Virus record (IMG/VR): IMGVR_UViG_3300008107_000043
Span: 1-64,000 of that record
Source of the DNA: a virus
Lineage: Duplodnaviria > Caudoviricetes
Reading direction: 5' to 3' (one strand)
Length of the DNA: 64,000 nt
Within the stretch, counting starts at the first letter, position 1. Each line of letters begins with the position of its first letter. The notes beneath the pieces were generated by a model. It did not search any database. It worked only from the letters and a program-made list of their open reading frames with translations, and had not been told where the DNA came from. A program made the translations under genes and the position numbers. Positions 45,510 through 55,478 of the stretch are shown here, piece after piece.

Positions 45510-46874
45510 ATGAACCCCCTTGAGTTAGTTGCAAAAACATTATATTCCTTTCAAGAACATCAACTTACATTTGAACTTCTAGATGCTTTTGGAAAAAGAG
45601 CACAAGTATTCTCACAATATGATGAGATTGCAAAGTGCTTTTTTGAACTTAAGAACTTCTCCAAAGCAATTGAGTATGGAGAAAAAGGTCTTAAATTAGC
45701 ACAAACAAAAGAAGAAAAATATACAACAGCAAAGAACCTGATTAATGCCTATAATCAGTCTAATATTCCAGAGAAATCAATTACTCAGATTGAAAAACTA
45801 AAGAAACAAAATCCTCAAGATACTGAACTTCTTCTTGAGGAAACTTTTGCTTATTCTGCAATTAATCAAAAAGAAAAATCAGAAAAACTTTTATTCAATC
45901 TTCTTCAAAAGAAACTACCAGAAGAAATTGAAAGAAAAGCATATCACAACTTATCGGGACATTATTTTAGGAAGGATGATATTCGTACAGGACTTCAACA
46001 TTTTCTCAAAGCAGGAGAAGTAGAAGCATATAAGAATAGAAAACTTCCTGAATATGAGAAATGGGATGGAACCATTACACCAGGAAGAACAATTATTGTA
46101 GATAATGAATGTGGTGCTGGTGATGAAGTGATTCATATCAGGTTTATGAAGCATCTCAAAGAACTTGGAATGAAACCGATTTGGAGTTCAACCAGAAGAG
46201 AACTTGTAGAACTCTTTCAGCATAATAGGTATGATGCTGTTTGTGTTTATGATAATCCAGAGTTTCCTAAAGATGCCTGCTGGGTTTATGGACTTGCACT
46301 TCCCTATTATCTTAATCTAACAATAGAAGATTTGGGACAAGAACCTTATCTTCAAACCATTCCAAAGTATGATGAGAAGTGGAAATGGATGCAGGAAGAT
46401 ACTGGATATAAGATTGGAATGTTCTGGGCATCTAGCTCTGGATTTGAACAGAACTCATTTAGAAGTGTAGAACTTAAAGACTATATGAATGTGCTGGGAA
46501 ATAAAGGGTACTCATTATACTCACTACAAACTCATAGTGATAATAAGGATGCTGATGAGTATCCAGAAATCAAACAATCACTTTCAGTTCAAGGTAGAGA
46601 ATTTGCTGATACATTCTCCATCATTAAGAACCTTGATATGGTTGTGACTTCTTGTAGTTTTGTAGCACACGTTGCAGCATCATTAGGAAAACAAGTCTGT
46701 GTCTTTGTTCCTATTATGGAATACTATGTTTGGACAAGTTCAACAGGAAAATCTATGTGGTATGGAGATAATGTTCATTTATTTCGTCAAAAGAAACCAA
46801 GAACCTGGGATGCCCCTATTAAAGAATTTAAAGAGTTTATGAACAGTAAATTGGAGGTAAATTATGTTTCGTGA
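45510..46874 (+). CDS. TPR-repeat protein fused to GT-B glycosyltransferase (GT9-like)
   Basis: N-terminal TPR-like helices; ECGAGDEVIHIRF; FADTFSII..LDMVVTSCSFVAHVAASLGK; WYGDNVHLFRQ; start moved to ATG 45510. Confidence 0.8.
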   Translation: MNPLELVAKTLYSFQEHQLTFELLDAFGKRAQVFSQYDEIAKCFFELKNFSKAIEYGEKGLKLAQTKEEKYTTAKNLINAYNQSNIPEKSITQIEKLKKQNPQDTELLLEETFAYSAINQKEKSEKLLFNLLQKKLPEEIERKAYHNLSGHYFRKDDIRTGLQHFLKAGEVEAYKNRKLPEYEKWDGTITPGRTIIVDNECGAGDEVIHIRFMKHLKELGMKPIWSSTRRELVELFQHNRYDAVCVYDNPEFPKDACWVYGLALPYYLNLTIEDLGQEPYLQTIPKYDEKWKWMQEDTGYKIGMFWASSSGFEQNSFRSVELKDYMNVLGNKGYSLYSLQTHSDNKDADEYPEIKQSLSVQGREFADTFSIIKNLDMVVTSCSFVAHVAASLGKQVCVFVPIMEYYVWTSSTGKSMWYGDNVHLFRQKKPRTWDAPIKEFKEFMNSKLEVNYVS

Positions 46875-47241
46875 ATGTGGAGAATGTAAAGAATGCTGTA
46901 TTTGGCCCAATGATACTGCTTTTGGGTGGGAATTTGGTGGGGGGAAAAAATGTAAATTTTTAGATGATGATGGTTGTAGCATTTATAAATTAAGACCAAA
47001 ATGCTGTAGTCACTATCAATGTGTATGGAGTCAAAATTTACTTCCAGAAGAAATGAGACCTGATAAATGTAATTTTTTAGTTAATGCAAGAAATAATGAA
47101 TATGGATTGTATTTTCAGGTAGTAGTAATAAATGGTAAGCAAATAAGTGATGATGAAATTTTTTGGTTTAAAGATTGGGCAAAAAAATTAAATATTCCCA
47201 TATTATTTGAAAATCCTTCTCTAAAAATGGAGAGTTTATGA
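46864..47241 (+). CDS. YkgJ-like CxxCxxCC cysteine-cluster protein 1
   Basis: CGECKECC, CKFL...GCSIY..RP..C..Y.C.W, RPDKC. Confidence 0.75.
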   Translation: MFRECGECKECCIWPNDTAFGWEFGGGKKCKFLDDDGCSIYKLRPKCCSHYQCVWSQNLLPEEMRPDKCNFLVNARNNEYGLYFQVVVINGKQISDDEIFWFKDWAKKLNIPILFENPSLKMESL

Positions 47242-47700
47242 ATGATAGGGGAGTATGATTTATCTTTTCTGAATCTCAATACTATTAAGAGTAAACTTTT
47301 ACAGATAGAAACCAATTCTCACGGTCTTGTAAGCAAAGGTGTTTCTACTTACAATCACGGAATGCCTACTCTAATGTATCCAGAATTAACTGGATTAAAA
47401 AATACAATCAAACAATATGTGAGATTGTATTGCAATAAGTATGAGATTCCTCCACTCAAGTTTATCAACAGTTGGTTCAATATCTCACAACCAGGAAACA
47501 AACTCAAAGCACATAAGCACGAAGAAAGTATTGTAAGTGGAGCATTTTATATTTCTGGAAAAACTCCTTTGATATTTCCAGATACATCAATCAATCCTTA
47601 TCCAGGATTATTAGTCATCTTCTCAAGTGATTTGGTTCATTATACAGAAGAAGAAACAGAAGAACGAATTATTATTAGTTTTAATACAGATTACCTATGA
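47242..47700 (+). CDS. 2OG-Fe(II) oxygenase-like protein
   Basis: SWFN...HKH...VSGAFYI...LVIFSSDLVH...RIIISFN. Confidence 0.8.
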   Translation: MIGEYDLSFLNLNTIKSKLLQIETNSHGLVSKGVSTYNHGMPTLMYPELTGLKNTIKQYVRLYCNKYEIPPLKFINSWFNISQPGNKLKAHKHEESIVSGAFYISGKTPLIFPDTSINPYPGLLVIFSSDLVHYTEEETEERIIISFNTDYL

Positions 47701-48377
47701 AATTTCATACATTTTATACAGACAATCTTCCAGAACAACTGATAGAAGACCATAAAAAAGTTTGTAATCATATAGGTATTGAAGTTCAATATCATAGTGA
47801 AGAATTTACTGATTATGATAATGTTTATACTGCTCACGGAAAGTTTATGACTTCTGTGATGGAACAAGAAGAAGTTGCTTGTTTTCTTGATATTGATTGC
47901 CTTCCTCACAACAAAGAACTTCTGGGGAAAGCATATTCCTGGGCAGTAGATAATCAATCATTTGTGGGTAATGCTCAAAACATTTCTCACACACAAATGA
48001 GAAATCATATCTATGCTGCTGCTTCTTGTTTGATTGTGACAAAAGATGCTTGGAATACATTAGGCAATCCAGACTTTTCTTGGTTTATGCAGAATGGAGT
48101 ACAGATAGATACTGCACAACTTTTAACACTAAGAGCAGACCAAATTGGAATGTCTTATCAGTTAATGTATTCAGTTGGGTATGATGGTCCTGAAGAATAT
48201 AAACTCTCTGGTTATGGAATGTATGGAACAGGAACTTTATATCCAGCAACCTGGCATTATTTTAGAATTAGTAAGTTTAAAGATTCAATTCCAGACCTCT
48301 GGACAACTCGTGTAAATAATATATTAGAAGATCAAAAAATCATTCCACATCATTCATCGTGTTTTTATGAACTATAA
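47697..48377 (+). CDS. putative GT-A glycosyltransferase
   Basis: ACFLDIDCLP DxD motif; island context. Confidence 0.55.
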   Translation: MKFHTFYTDNLPEQLIEDHKKVCNHIGIEVQYHSEEFTDYDNVYTAHGKFMTSVMEQEEVACFLDIDCLPHNKELLGKAYSWAVDNQSFVGNAQNISHTQMRNHIYAAASCLIVTKDAWNTLGNPDFSWFMQNGVQIDTAQLLTLRADQIGMSYQLMYSVGYDGPEEYKLSGYGMYGTGTLYPATWHYFRISKFKDSIPDLWTTRVNNILEDQKIIPHHSSCFYEL

Positions 48378-49134
48378 GTTTTTGTTTTTAGTTGGGTCTG
48401 CAATCAATCATTTCAACGAAGAACATATAAGTGCTTTCAAAGCAGAAGAAAGATTTCAGCAGACATTAGACACCATTCAATCTATTAGAGATAAAGCTCC
48501 TGATGCTTATATTTTAATCTATGAAGCATCAGAAACTTCAATTAAGGAAGAATACAAAGACATCTTAAGAGAAAAGTCTGATTTGTTTATGGAGTGTGGA
48601 AATGACCCATATATGAAATCTCTTTATGAAAATGTTCATAGAGACCCAGATAAGTTTACATTTGTAAAGTCTATGCTTGAGTGTAGATGTTTAGAACTTG
48701 TTCTTCATCATATGATGGAACATAATGTCTTTAGTGATGTAACCAGAGTATTCAAGTTAAGTGGTAGATATAAACTGAACGAATACTTTGATATTAATGA
48801 CTATAAGACTAGATTCTTAACAAATAAGTATGTGATGAAGTATTATGATTATGAGGAAAGATTTGAAGATATTGAAAATATTTACTCCACTCTTTATGGG
48901 TGCAAAGGAAGTATTGTAACTGGGTTGTGGTCATTTGATAGGTTCTTGTTTAATGATATTTTTAGTGTTCTTCAAAGAAGTTTTCAGTATATGGAAAGAG
49001 CAATTCAATTAACTGCTGGAATTGATATTGAGCATTCTTTCTATCATTTTATTGATAGAGATAAAATTCTAAATGTTCCAATACTTGGATTGGATTTGAT
49101 TAAGGGTATGGATGGAGATAGATATTCATTATGA
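48367..49134 (+). CDS. glycosyltransferase-like hypothetical protein
   Basis: ERFQQTLDTI.SIR, VFKLSGRY, DIEH; island context. Confidence 0.45.
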   Translation: MNYKFLFLVGSAINHFNEEHISAFKAEERFQQTLDTIQSIRDKAPDAYILIYEASETSIKEEYKDILREKSDLFMECGNDPYMKSLYENVHRDPDKFTFVKSMLECRCLELVLHHMMEHNVFSDVTRVFKLSGRYKLNEYFDINDYKTRFLTNKYVMKYYDYEERFEDIENIYSTLYGCKGSIVTGLWSFDRFLFNDIFSVLQRSFQYMERAIQLTAGIDIEHSFYHFIDRDKILNVPILGLDLIKGMDGDRYSL

Positions 49135-49835
49135 AAATCGCAATCTTCTATCATACCTTTCAATCTGGTATGAGTGCTTTTGTCTATCAATCTCAAATTC
49201 ATAGGTTGTATTGTTCTGGACTGATTGATGCTGCTGATTATATTCATATTGGCGTGAATGGTGACCAGGAAATGTTTAATGTTCCAGAAAAAGCAAAAGT
49301 TGTTTATAACAGTAACTGGAAAGAAGAAACAGAAACTCTAATTGCACTCAAGAACTTTGCATATGAAAATCCAGATTATAAGATTTTATATTTTCATATG
49401 AAAGGAACAAGTAAAGAAACTCTTGTTGCAAATTCTTGGAGATTGATGATGGAATATTTTGTAATTGATAAATGGAAAGAGTGTGTAGAGTATCTAAATG
49501 ATTATGATTGTGTTGGACAGACATTCAAACCACTAGGACCAACAATATGGGGTGATGGATCTATTACTTCTAATGAGGGTATAAGTTGTTATTGCGGAAA
49601 CTTCTGGTGGGCAAATGCATCTTATATTCAAACATTAGACCACAATTATTTGAATACTGATTATCGTTTTGATAGAGAGTTCTGGATAGGAACCAATAAA
49701 AATGCAAAAGCAAAATCCTTTATGGAATATGGACAAGATGATTATGTTGCGGACAATCATCCAATTCCATTAAAGAAAGGTATGAGTGACTATGAACCTT
49801 ATACTCATTATTTTAAAGAGGTAGAATACTTATGA
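49131..49835 (+). CDS. glycosyltransferase-like hypothetical protein
   Basis: ILYFHMKG, WRLMMEYF, GNFWWA...YI, R...EFWIG. Confidence 0.45.
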   Translation: MKIAIFYHTFQSGMSAFVYQSQIHRLYCSGLIDAADYIHIGVNGDQEMFNVPEKAKVVYNSNWKEETETLIALKNFAYENPDYKILYFHMKGTSKETLVANSWRLMMEYFVIDKWKECVEYLNDYDCVGQTFKPLGPTIWGDGSITSNEGISCYCGNFWWANASYIQTLDHNYLNTDYRFDREFWIGTNKNAKAKSFMEYGQDDYVADNHPIPLKKGMSDYEPYTHYFKEVEYL

Positions 49836-50200
49836 GACCTTGTGGAGATTGTACTGCTTGCTGCACTTGGTTAAAAGGAAGTGCTTATGGTTATGAGTTT
49901 GGTGGTGGAAAGTCCTGTAAATTCTTATGTGAAAGTGGATGTAGTGTTCATAAGGTAAGACCAAAAGTATGCGAGGGGTATTTTTGTGCTTGGTCTCAAG
50001 AATTAATATCAGAAGAACTGAGACCTGATAAATGTGGAGTTCTTGCTTCTGTTGAAAATAATGAGAATGGTCAGTATTTAAGATTGACTTTAATGAGAAA
50101 AGAGATAAATACTGATATATTAGAATATTTTAAGGAGTGGAGTATCAAGATGAACACTCCAGTTTTGTATCTAAACAATCATATTTGGGAAGTTCTCTAA
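49832..50200 (+). CDS. YkgJ-like CxxCxxCC cysteine-cluster protein 2
   Basis: CGDCTACC, CKFL...GCSVH..RP..C..Y.CAW, RPDKC; paralogue of 46864-47241. Confidence 0.75.
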   Translation: MRPCGDCTACCTWLKGSAYGYEFGGGKSCKFLCESGCSVHKVRPKVCEGYFCAWSQELISEELRPDKCGVLASVENNENGQYLRLTLMRKEINTDILEYFKEWSIKMNTPVLYLNNHIWEVL

Positions 50201-50201
50201 G

Positions 50202-51392
50202 ATGCCTACTTTTTACAACTATACGGAAGGTGGTCAAGTATATTCTTTTGATGATGTTTTTGTGCCTGCTGATGCTTTTAGGCAAGGGAACTTGTGGTCT
50301 TGGGGATATAATTATAATGGACAGCTGGGAGATAATACAAATCTAACAAGTAAACTTACTCCAGTCACAACATTTGCAGGAGGAACCAACTGGAAACAAG
50401 TTGCTGATGGAGGTAGTCATACAGCAGCAATCAAAACTGATGGAACACTATGGACTTGGGGATATAATTATAATGGACGACTAGGAGACAATACAGGCAA
50501 TACAGGATTCAATAGACGCACTCCACTCACCACATTTGCTGGTGGAACCAATTGGAAACAAGTTTCTGCTGGATTTGTTCATACAGCAGCAATCAAGACT
50601 GATGGAACCTTATGGACTTGGGGTCGTGCTGATAGTGGGCAACTAGGAATCAATAACACAAACCAAAGACTCACTCCAGTCACAACATTTGCAGGAGGAA
50701 CCAACTGGAAACAAGTTTCTTGTGGTGGATATTTTACAGCAGCAATCAAAACTGATGGAACTTTATGGAATTGGGGACGTAATTATAATGGACAACTAGG
50801 AAACAATACAACAACTAATGGACTTACTCCAATCACCACATTTGCAGGTGGAACCAATTGGAAACAAGTTGCTTGTGGAAATAACCATACATCAGCAATC
50901 AAGACTGATGGAACTCTTTGGACTTGGGGATATAATTATAATGGGCAACTAGGAGACCTTACATCAACCCAAAGAAACACTCCAGTCACCACATTTTTTG
51001 GAGGAACCAACTGGAAACAAGTTTCTTGTGGACAAAATTATGCAGCAGCAATCAAAACTGATGGAACTTTGTGGGGTTGGGGTGCTACTGGTTATGGGCG
51101 ACTGGGAGCTGGTGAAACCTTTTTTGATTCAGTATTCATACCAATAGAAACATTTGCAGGAGGAACCAACTGGAAACAAGTTGCTTGTGGTGAATCTCAC
51201 ACTGCAGCAATCAAAACTGATGGAACCTTATGGACTTGGGGTGGGAATGGTTATGGAGCACTAGGAAATAATACATCAGGAATCAATAGACTCACTCCAG
51301 TCACCACATTTGCAGGAGGAACCAACTGGAAACAAGTTTCTTGTGGACAATATCATACAGCAGCAATCACATACATAGATGATTATCAGTAA
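50202..51392 (+). CDS. RCC1/BLIP-II-like beta-propeller protein 3
   Basis: Seven repeats of the same unit. Confidence 0.9.
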   Translation: MPTFYNYTEGGQVYSFDDVFVPADAFRQGNLWSWGYNYNGQLGDNTNLTSKLTPVTTFAGGTNWKQVADGGSHTAAIKTDGTLWTWGYNYNGRLGDNTGNTGFNRRTPLTTFAGGTNWKQVSAGFVHTAAIKTDGTLWTWGRADSGQLGINNTNQRLTPVTTFAGGTNWKQVSCGGYFTAAIKTDGTLWNWGRNYNGQLGNNTTTNGLTPITTFAGGTNWKQVACGNNHTSAIKTDGTLWTWGYNYNGQLGDLTSTQRNTPVTTFFGGTNWKQVSCGQNYAAAIKTDGTLWGWGATGYGRLGAGETFFDSVFIPIETFAGGTNWKQVACGESHTAAIKTDGTLWTWGGNGYGALGNNTSGINRLTPVTTFAGGTNWKQVSCGQYHTAAITYIDDYQ

Positions 51393-51409
51393 AATATTAT
51401 TCTTTAATT

Positions 51410-52192
51410 ATGAAAACATTATTCTTTCTTTCTGGTCTTCCAAGATCAGGTTCTACTTTACTTGGATCAATTCTTTCACAACATCCAAAACTACAAGCAA
51501 CTCCAACATCACCACTTGCAGATTTGCTTTGTTGGATTGATGAAGGTTTTTCTAAACTGGATCTTCAATATACTTATGATAAGCAACAAATTCAATACAA
51601 TACTTATAATTCAATTCTAGAAAACTTTTATAATCACATAGAGAAACCTTGCATACTTGACAAACATCGTGGTTGGTGCAAGAATGTACCTTCTATTGAA
51701 AAGTTTCTACATCAAACTCCAAAAATCATAGCAACCAACCGTAGAATAAGTGAAGTTCTTGCTTCTTATATTCTACTCATTCAAAGAAATAATGAAGCAG
51801 ATAATTTTGTAGATGCTCATTTAAGAAGAGAAGGAAAACCAATTACAACAGATAATCGTATTGAATGTCTTTGGAAGAATTATGTCTGCGATCCTTATGA
51901 AAGTTTGGTTTATGGATTGACACATAACAGATCAAATATTCATCTAGTAGATTATAATGATCTTACACAAAAACCAGAAAGAGAATTGAATAAGATCTAT
52001 GAGTTTCTAGAAATAGAATCTCATTCACACGATCTTTCCAGCATCTTTAATACTTGTGCCGAAGAAAAAGACCACGAATGGGGTATTGATAATCTTCATC
52101 AAATTCGTTCAAAACTTCAAAGAACTTCACCACCTCCTGAAGAAGTGATTGGTGAAGAAAACACTAAACTTTATGATAAATTTAACATATGA
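51410..52192 (+). CDS. PAPS-dependent sulfotransferase
   Basis: FFLSGLPRSGSTLL..ILSQHP 5'-PSB loop; LDKHR; VDYNDL..KP...L..IYEFL. Confidence 0.88.
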   Translation: MKTLFFLSGLPRSGSTLLGSILSQHPKLQATPTSPLADLLCWIDEGFSKLDLQYTYDKQQIQYNTYNSILENFYNHIEKPCILDKHRGWCKNVPSIEKFLHQTPKIIATNRRISEVLASYILLIQRNNEADNFVDAHLRREGKPITTDNRIECLWKNYVCDPYESLVYGLTHNRSNIHLVDYNDLTQKPERELNKIYEFLEIESHSHDLSSIFNTCAEEKDHEWGIDNLHQIRSKLQRTSPPPEEVIGEENTKLYDKFNI

Positions 52193-52875
52193 TTGAAGTA
52201 TTTTTAAGACATTGTTATACATCCAAAGTTAATCTTTCAGGAGCAAATCGTCCAGATTGGTGGGATAAAGAAAAGGTATTTGAGAATTTCAAGAATACAC
52301 TCAATCCAGAAACTACCAACTATACAATCATCTTTGATGAGTGTTATGGAAAGCAAGAAGACACTTTCCTCAAAGATGAAGAGTCAATTACAATTAACTG
52401 CGGTAAAGAAAGTTCTAGTTTTTGTAAGACACTAGACCATATTCTTTCTCAAGACTTTGATAATGATACAATCATCTATTTTCTTGAAGATGATTATGTA
52501 CACCGTCCAGAATGGGATAGGGCTCTCATAGATGCATTTACTCTTCCAGTTCAGTACGCAACCTTATACGACCACGGAGATAAGTATCAGGAGATGTATA
52601 AGGACTTTATGACTAAAGTTCTAGCAACAAAATATTCTCATTGGATGCCAACTCCTTCAACAACAAATACTTTTGCTGTTAAGTTTAAAACACTCAAAGA
52701 AGATAAAGAAATTCATAGACACTTCTCAACAGGATTTGAACCTTCTGCAGACCACGGTAAATTTTTAGAACTACATAAGAAAGGAAGGAATTTAATCTCA
52801 AGTATTCCTGGTTATTCTACACACTGTCATTCACAATTTTTATCCCCGTGTATTGATTGGAGCACATACTTATGA
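52189..52875 (+). CDS. GT-A glycosyltransferase-like protein
   Basis: IIYFLEDDYVH, YATLYDH.DKY, STTNTFA, IPGYSTH. Confidence 0.65.
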   Translation: MIEVFLRHCYTSKVNLSGANRPDWWDKEKVFENFKNTLNPETTNYTIIFDECYGKQEDTFLKDEESITINCGKESSSFCKTLDHILSQDFDNDTIIYFLEDDYVHRPEWDRALIDAFTLPVQYATLYDHGDKYQEMYKDFMTKVLATKYSHWMPTPSTTNTFAVKFKTLKEDKEIHRHFSTGFEPSADHGKFLELHKKGRNLISSIPGYSTHCHSQFLSPCIDWSTYL

Positions 52876-54407
52876 AAGTTACACTATACGCAATTGCAAA
52901 GAACGAAGAAAAGAATATTGAAAAGTTTCTCAAGAATGCAGAGAAGTTTGATGATGTAGTTGTAGTTGATACTGGAAGCACAGATGATACAGTTCAACTA
53001 CTGAAGGATGCTGGTATTAAAGTTTATGAGCATTCACAAACTCGTGAAGAGTTTGATTTTTCAGTTGCAAGAAATCAGGCACTTTCTTATGTAGAAACTG
53101 ATTGGGCATTTGCACTTGATTTTAATGAGGATGTTTCTGAGTTTCATCCAGAAGGTTTTGGTGTGATTGCTGGTGAATTTACCACATTCAGACATTTGAG
53201 ATATGATGATAATGGTGGTGATGAACCAGTTCAGTCTAATGAAGTTCATACTCGTCTTCATAGAACCAAGAATTATACTTGGGTGAATGCTGTTCACGAA
53301 GTTCCAAACTTTATTCCAACAGAAGAATATCTGAATGAAGTTTGTGTAGATACTACCATTAAGATTACTAAGAAAATTAATAAGACTGTAGATAAGGAAT
53401 TATTCTACTTTAATATTTGTGAAAGAGAGCATAAAAAAAATCCTACTGACTGGTATTGGATTTGGTTTATTTTCAATCATTATTATAATGTCCAAAATGC
53501 ACAAAAAGCACTTGAATATGGTCAAGAGTTTCTAAACGTATCTAAACCTTACTTTGATAGTTTTAGAATTCTTGCTTTTATTCGCTGCAGTCAAATTCTA
53601 CTGAATACGGGTGATATGCAACGAGGAATGAATTATGCATTCCACGCAGTTAGTGAAGGAATGAATATGGGAGGTTCTCATTTATCTCAAGCATTTGGAT
53701 ATTTGTTTGAACTTTCTAAGAGATTGAATAATCCCAATCTTACAATTTTTGCAACTGGATTCAATCCAGATATGCTTTCATCACCAGAAAGACTTAGTGC
53801 AATTGATAAACTATTCTTAACCAATCTTGAAGATATTCCTTCTTGCTGGAGAGGTCATCGTAGATTTGCTGAATGGTTGGTAACGCAAGTCAATCCAGAA
53901 GTAACTGTGGATCTTGGAGTTGATTGGGGATTCTCAACTTTCTGTTTTGCAATGCCTCGTATTGGGCAAGTTTATGGTGTTGATACTTTTGAAGGAGATC
54001 AATTTACTGGTGGAAATCACGGTTCTTATGAGTATGTTCTCAATAAGCAAGAGAAGTTGTTTATGAAAGATAATGTGACTTTCATCAAAGGACTTTTTGA
54101 TGAGGTTGCAAAGACTTGGGATAAGCAAATAGACATCTTACATATTGATGGTGATCACGCTTATGAATCAGTAAAGCACGATTATGAAACTTGGAGTCCG
54201 TTTGTAAAAGAAAATGGTGTGATACTATTCCACGATACTTGTATTGAAGAACTGAATGGAAATCAATATGGTGTGAAGAAATTTTTTGATGAACTGGATC
54301 TTCCAAAAGTAACCTTTACTCATACTTTTGGTCTTGGAGTTGCCTCTAAAAACAAAGATCTGATTGAGTTTATTCAGAATAACTTTGATTTAAATAATCC
54401 ACTATGA
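52872..54407 (+). CDS. GT2 glycosyltransferase + TPR-like region + class I SAM methyltransferase fusion
   Basis: IAKNEE, VVDTGSTD, FDFSVARN.AL, W...VHE; C-terminal VDLGVDWGFS, IDILHIDGDHAYESVKHD, GVILFHD. Confidence 0.85.
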   Translation: MKVTLYAIAKNEEKNIEKFLKNAEKFDDVVVVDTGSTDDTVQLLKDAGIKVYEHSQTREEFDFSVARNQALSYVETDWAFALDFNEDVSEFHPEGFGVIAGEFTTFRHLRYDDNGGDEPVQSNEVHTRLHRTKNYTWVNAVHEVPNFIPTEEYLNEVCVDTTIKITKKINKTVDKELFYFNICEREHKKNPTDWYWIWFIFNHYYNVQNAQKALEYGQEFLNVSKPYFDSFRILAFIRCSQILLNTGDMQRGMNYAFHAVSEGMNMGGSHLSQAFGYLFELSKRLNNPNLTIFATGFNPDMLSSPERLSAIDKLFLTNLEDIPSCWRGHRRFAEWLVTQVNPEVTVDLGVDWGFSTFCFAMPRIGQVYGVDTFEGDQFTGGNHGSYEYVLNKQEKLFMKDNVTFIKGLFDEVAKTWDKQIDILHIDGDHAYESVKHDYETWSPFVKENGVILFHDTCIEELNGNQYGVKKFFDELDLPKVTFTHTFGLGVASKNKDLIEFIQNNFDLNNPL

Positions 54408-54760
54408 AAGTAGTAGTTCCTATATCAGTTGGAGAACTTTTAGATAAGATTACTATCTTAGAAATAAAATCTATGTTCACTAACAACGAATATGTTTTGA
54501 AAGAGTTAGCAGATCTCAATTTAATTAAAAGTTGTCTAACTCAATATACTTTAGGGTATGAAGTCCAACTCAAAAAAGTGAATGAAAAACTTTGGAAAAT
54601 AGAAGATAGACTCAGAGAAAAGGAAAAATTACAACACTTTGATGAAGAGTTTATTGAACTTGCTCGCAGTGTTTATATCACTAATGATGAAAGAGCAAAG
54701 ATTAAAAAAGAAGTCAATGAGTTATGTAATTCTGATTATAGAGAAGTAAAGGTATACTAA
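54404..54760 (+). CDS. DUF6165-like protein
   Basis: PISVGELLDKITILEIK...LWKIED..R...FIELARSVY.TNDERA.IK..EVK.Y. Confidence 0.8.
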   Translation: MKVVVPISVGELLDKITILEIKSMFTNNEYVLKELADLNLIKSCLTQYTLGYEVQLKKVNEKLWKIEDRLREKEKLQHFDEEFIELARSVYITNDERAKIKKEVNELCNSDYREVKVY

Positions 54761-54783
54761 ATACTTAAAAGTTCTTAAGACAG

Positions 54784-55119
54784 ATGGCAGTTGCTGAAAT
54801 TACGAATATTGTAATCGATAAAGGAACTGATTTTGAAGCAACCTTTAATCTTTATGACCCGGACCAATCTCAAACATATTTGACGGGTCTTACAACAACT
54901 TATGCAAGTATTCGTAAGTATCCTGAAGCAACTTCATATGAAGAGTTTTCCAAGACTATTACTGCAGCAACCGGAACTATTTTATTAAGACTCACTGCAC
55001 AACAAACTGCAAATCTTAAGGCAGGAAGAAATTATTTTGATGTCATTTTAACAATTGATGGAAAGAAAACGAAGGTAATTAAAGGTACTGCAATTGTAGA
55101 AGAGAGTGTATCCCTATGA
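54784..55119 (+). CDS. small virion structural protein
   Basis: IDKGTDF, ASIRK, L.LTA.QT..LKAGRNYFDV. Confidence 0.65.
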   Translation: MAVAEITNIVIDKGTDFEATFNLYDPDQSQTYLTGLTTTYASIRKYPEATSYEEFSKTITAATGTILLRLTAQQTANLKAGRNYFDVILTIDGKKTKVIKGTAIVEESVSL

Positions 55120-55442
55120 CATATAAAGTTACCTTTTCTTCTGGTAATAATTATTCAGTCAAATCTTCACAACCAATCAATCCAAAAGTTTCTATCAGTT
55201 ATGGAATTCAAATTATGCCACAGAATTTAGATGAACTTACGGATGTAGAAATTAGTGGTAATAATGATAAGTATGTGTTGATGTATGATGCTGCATCGGG
55301 AAAATGGAGAGATGTAAATCCGGATGAAGTTCTTTCTGCTGCAACAAATGAACCTAATCAACCAGGATTGCCTGCCGACTTTGAAAATCAATTGGATATT
55401 GATTTAGACAATAAAATTGATCTTGATGCAGGTACTTTCTAG
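55116..55442 (+). CDS. small virion structural protein
   Basis: LDELTDV, VLMYDA..GKW, C-terminal LDAGTF. Confidence 0.6.
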   Translation: MTYKVTFSSGNNYSVKSSQPINPKVSISYGIQIMPQNLDELTDVEISGNNDKYVLMYDAASGKWRDVNPDEVLSAATNEPNQPGLPADFENQLDIDLDNKIDLDAGTF

Positions 55443-55478
55443 TTAAACTAAATAACTAAAAGTAAATAGCATAAAGAA

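Noticed and set aside
42338-51392. CRISPR-like alternation of conserved and variable DNA
   Set aside because: Units are ~150-180 nt, in frame and encode RCC1 blades; no cas genes or leader
42338-51392. Diversity-generating retroelement acting on RCC1 loops
   Set aside because: No reverse transcriptase or non-coding template repeat in the window; variation includes indels and is not evidently adenine-specific. An RT elsewhere in the genome cannot be excluded
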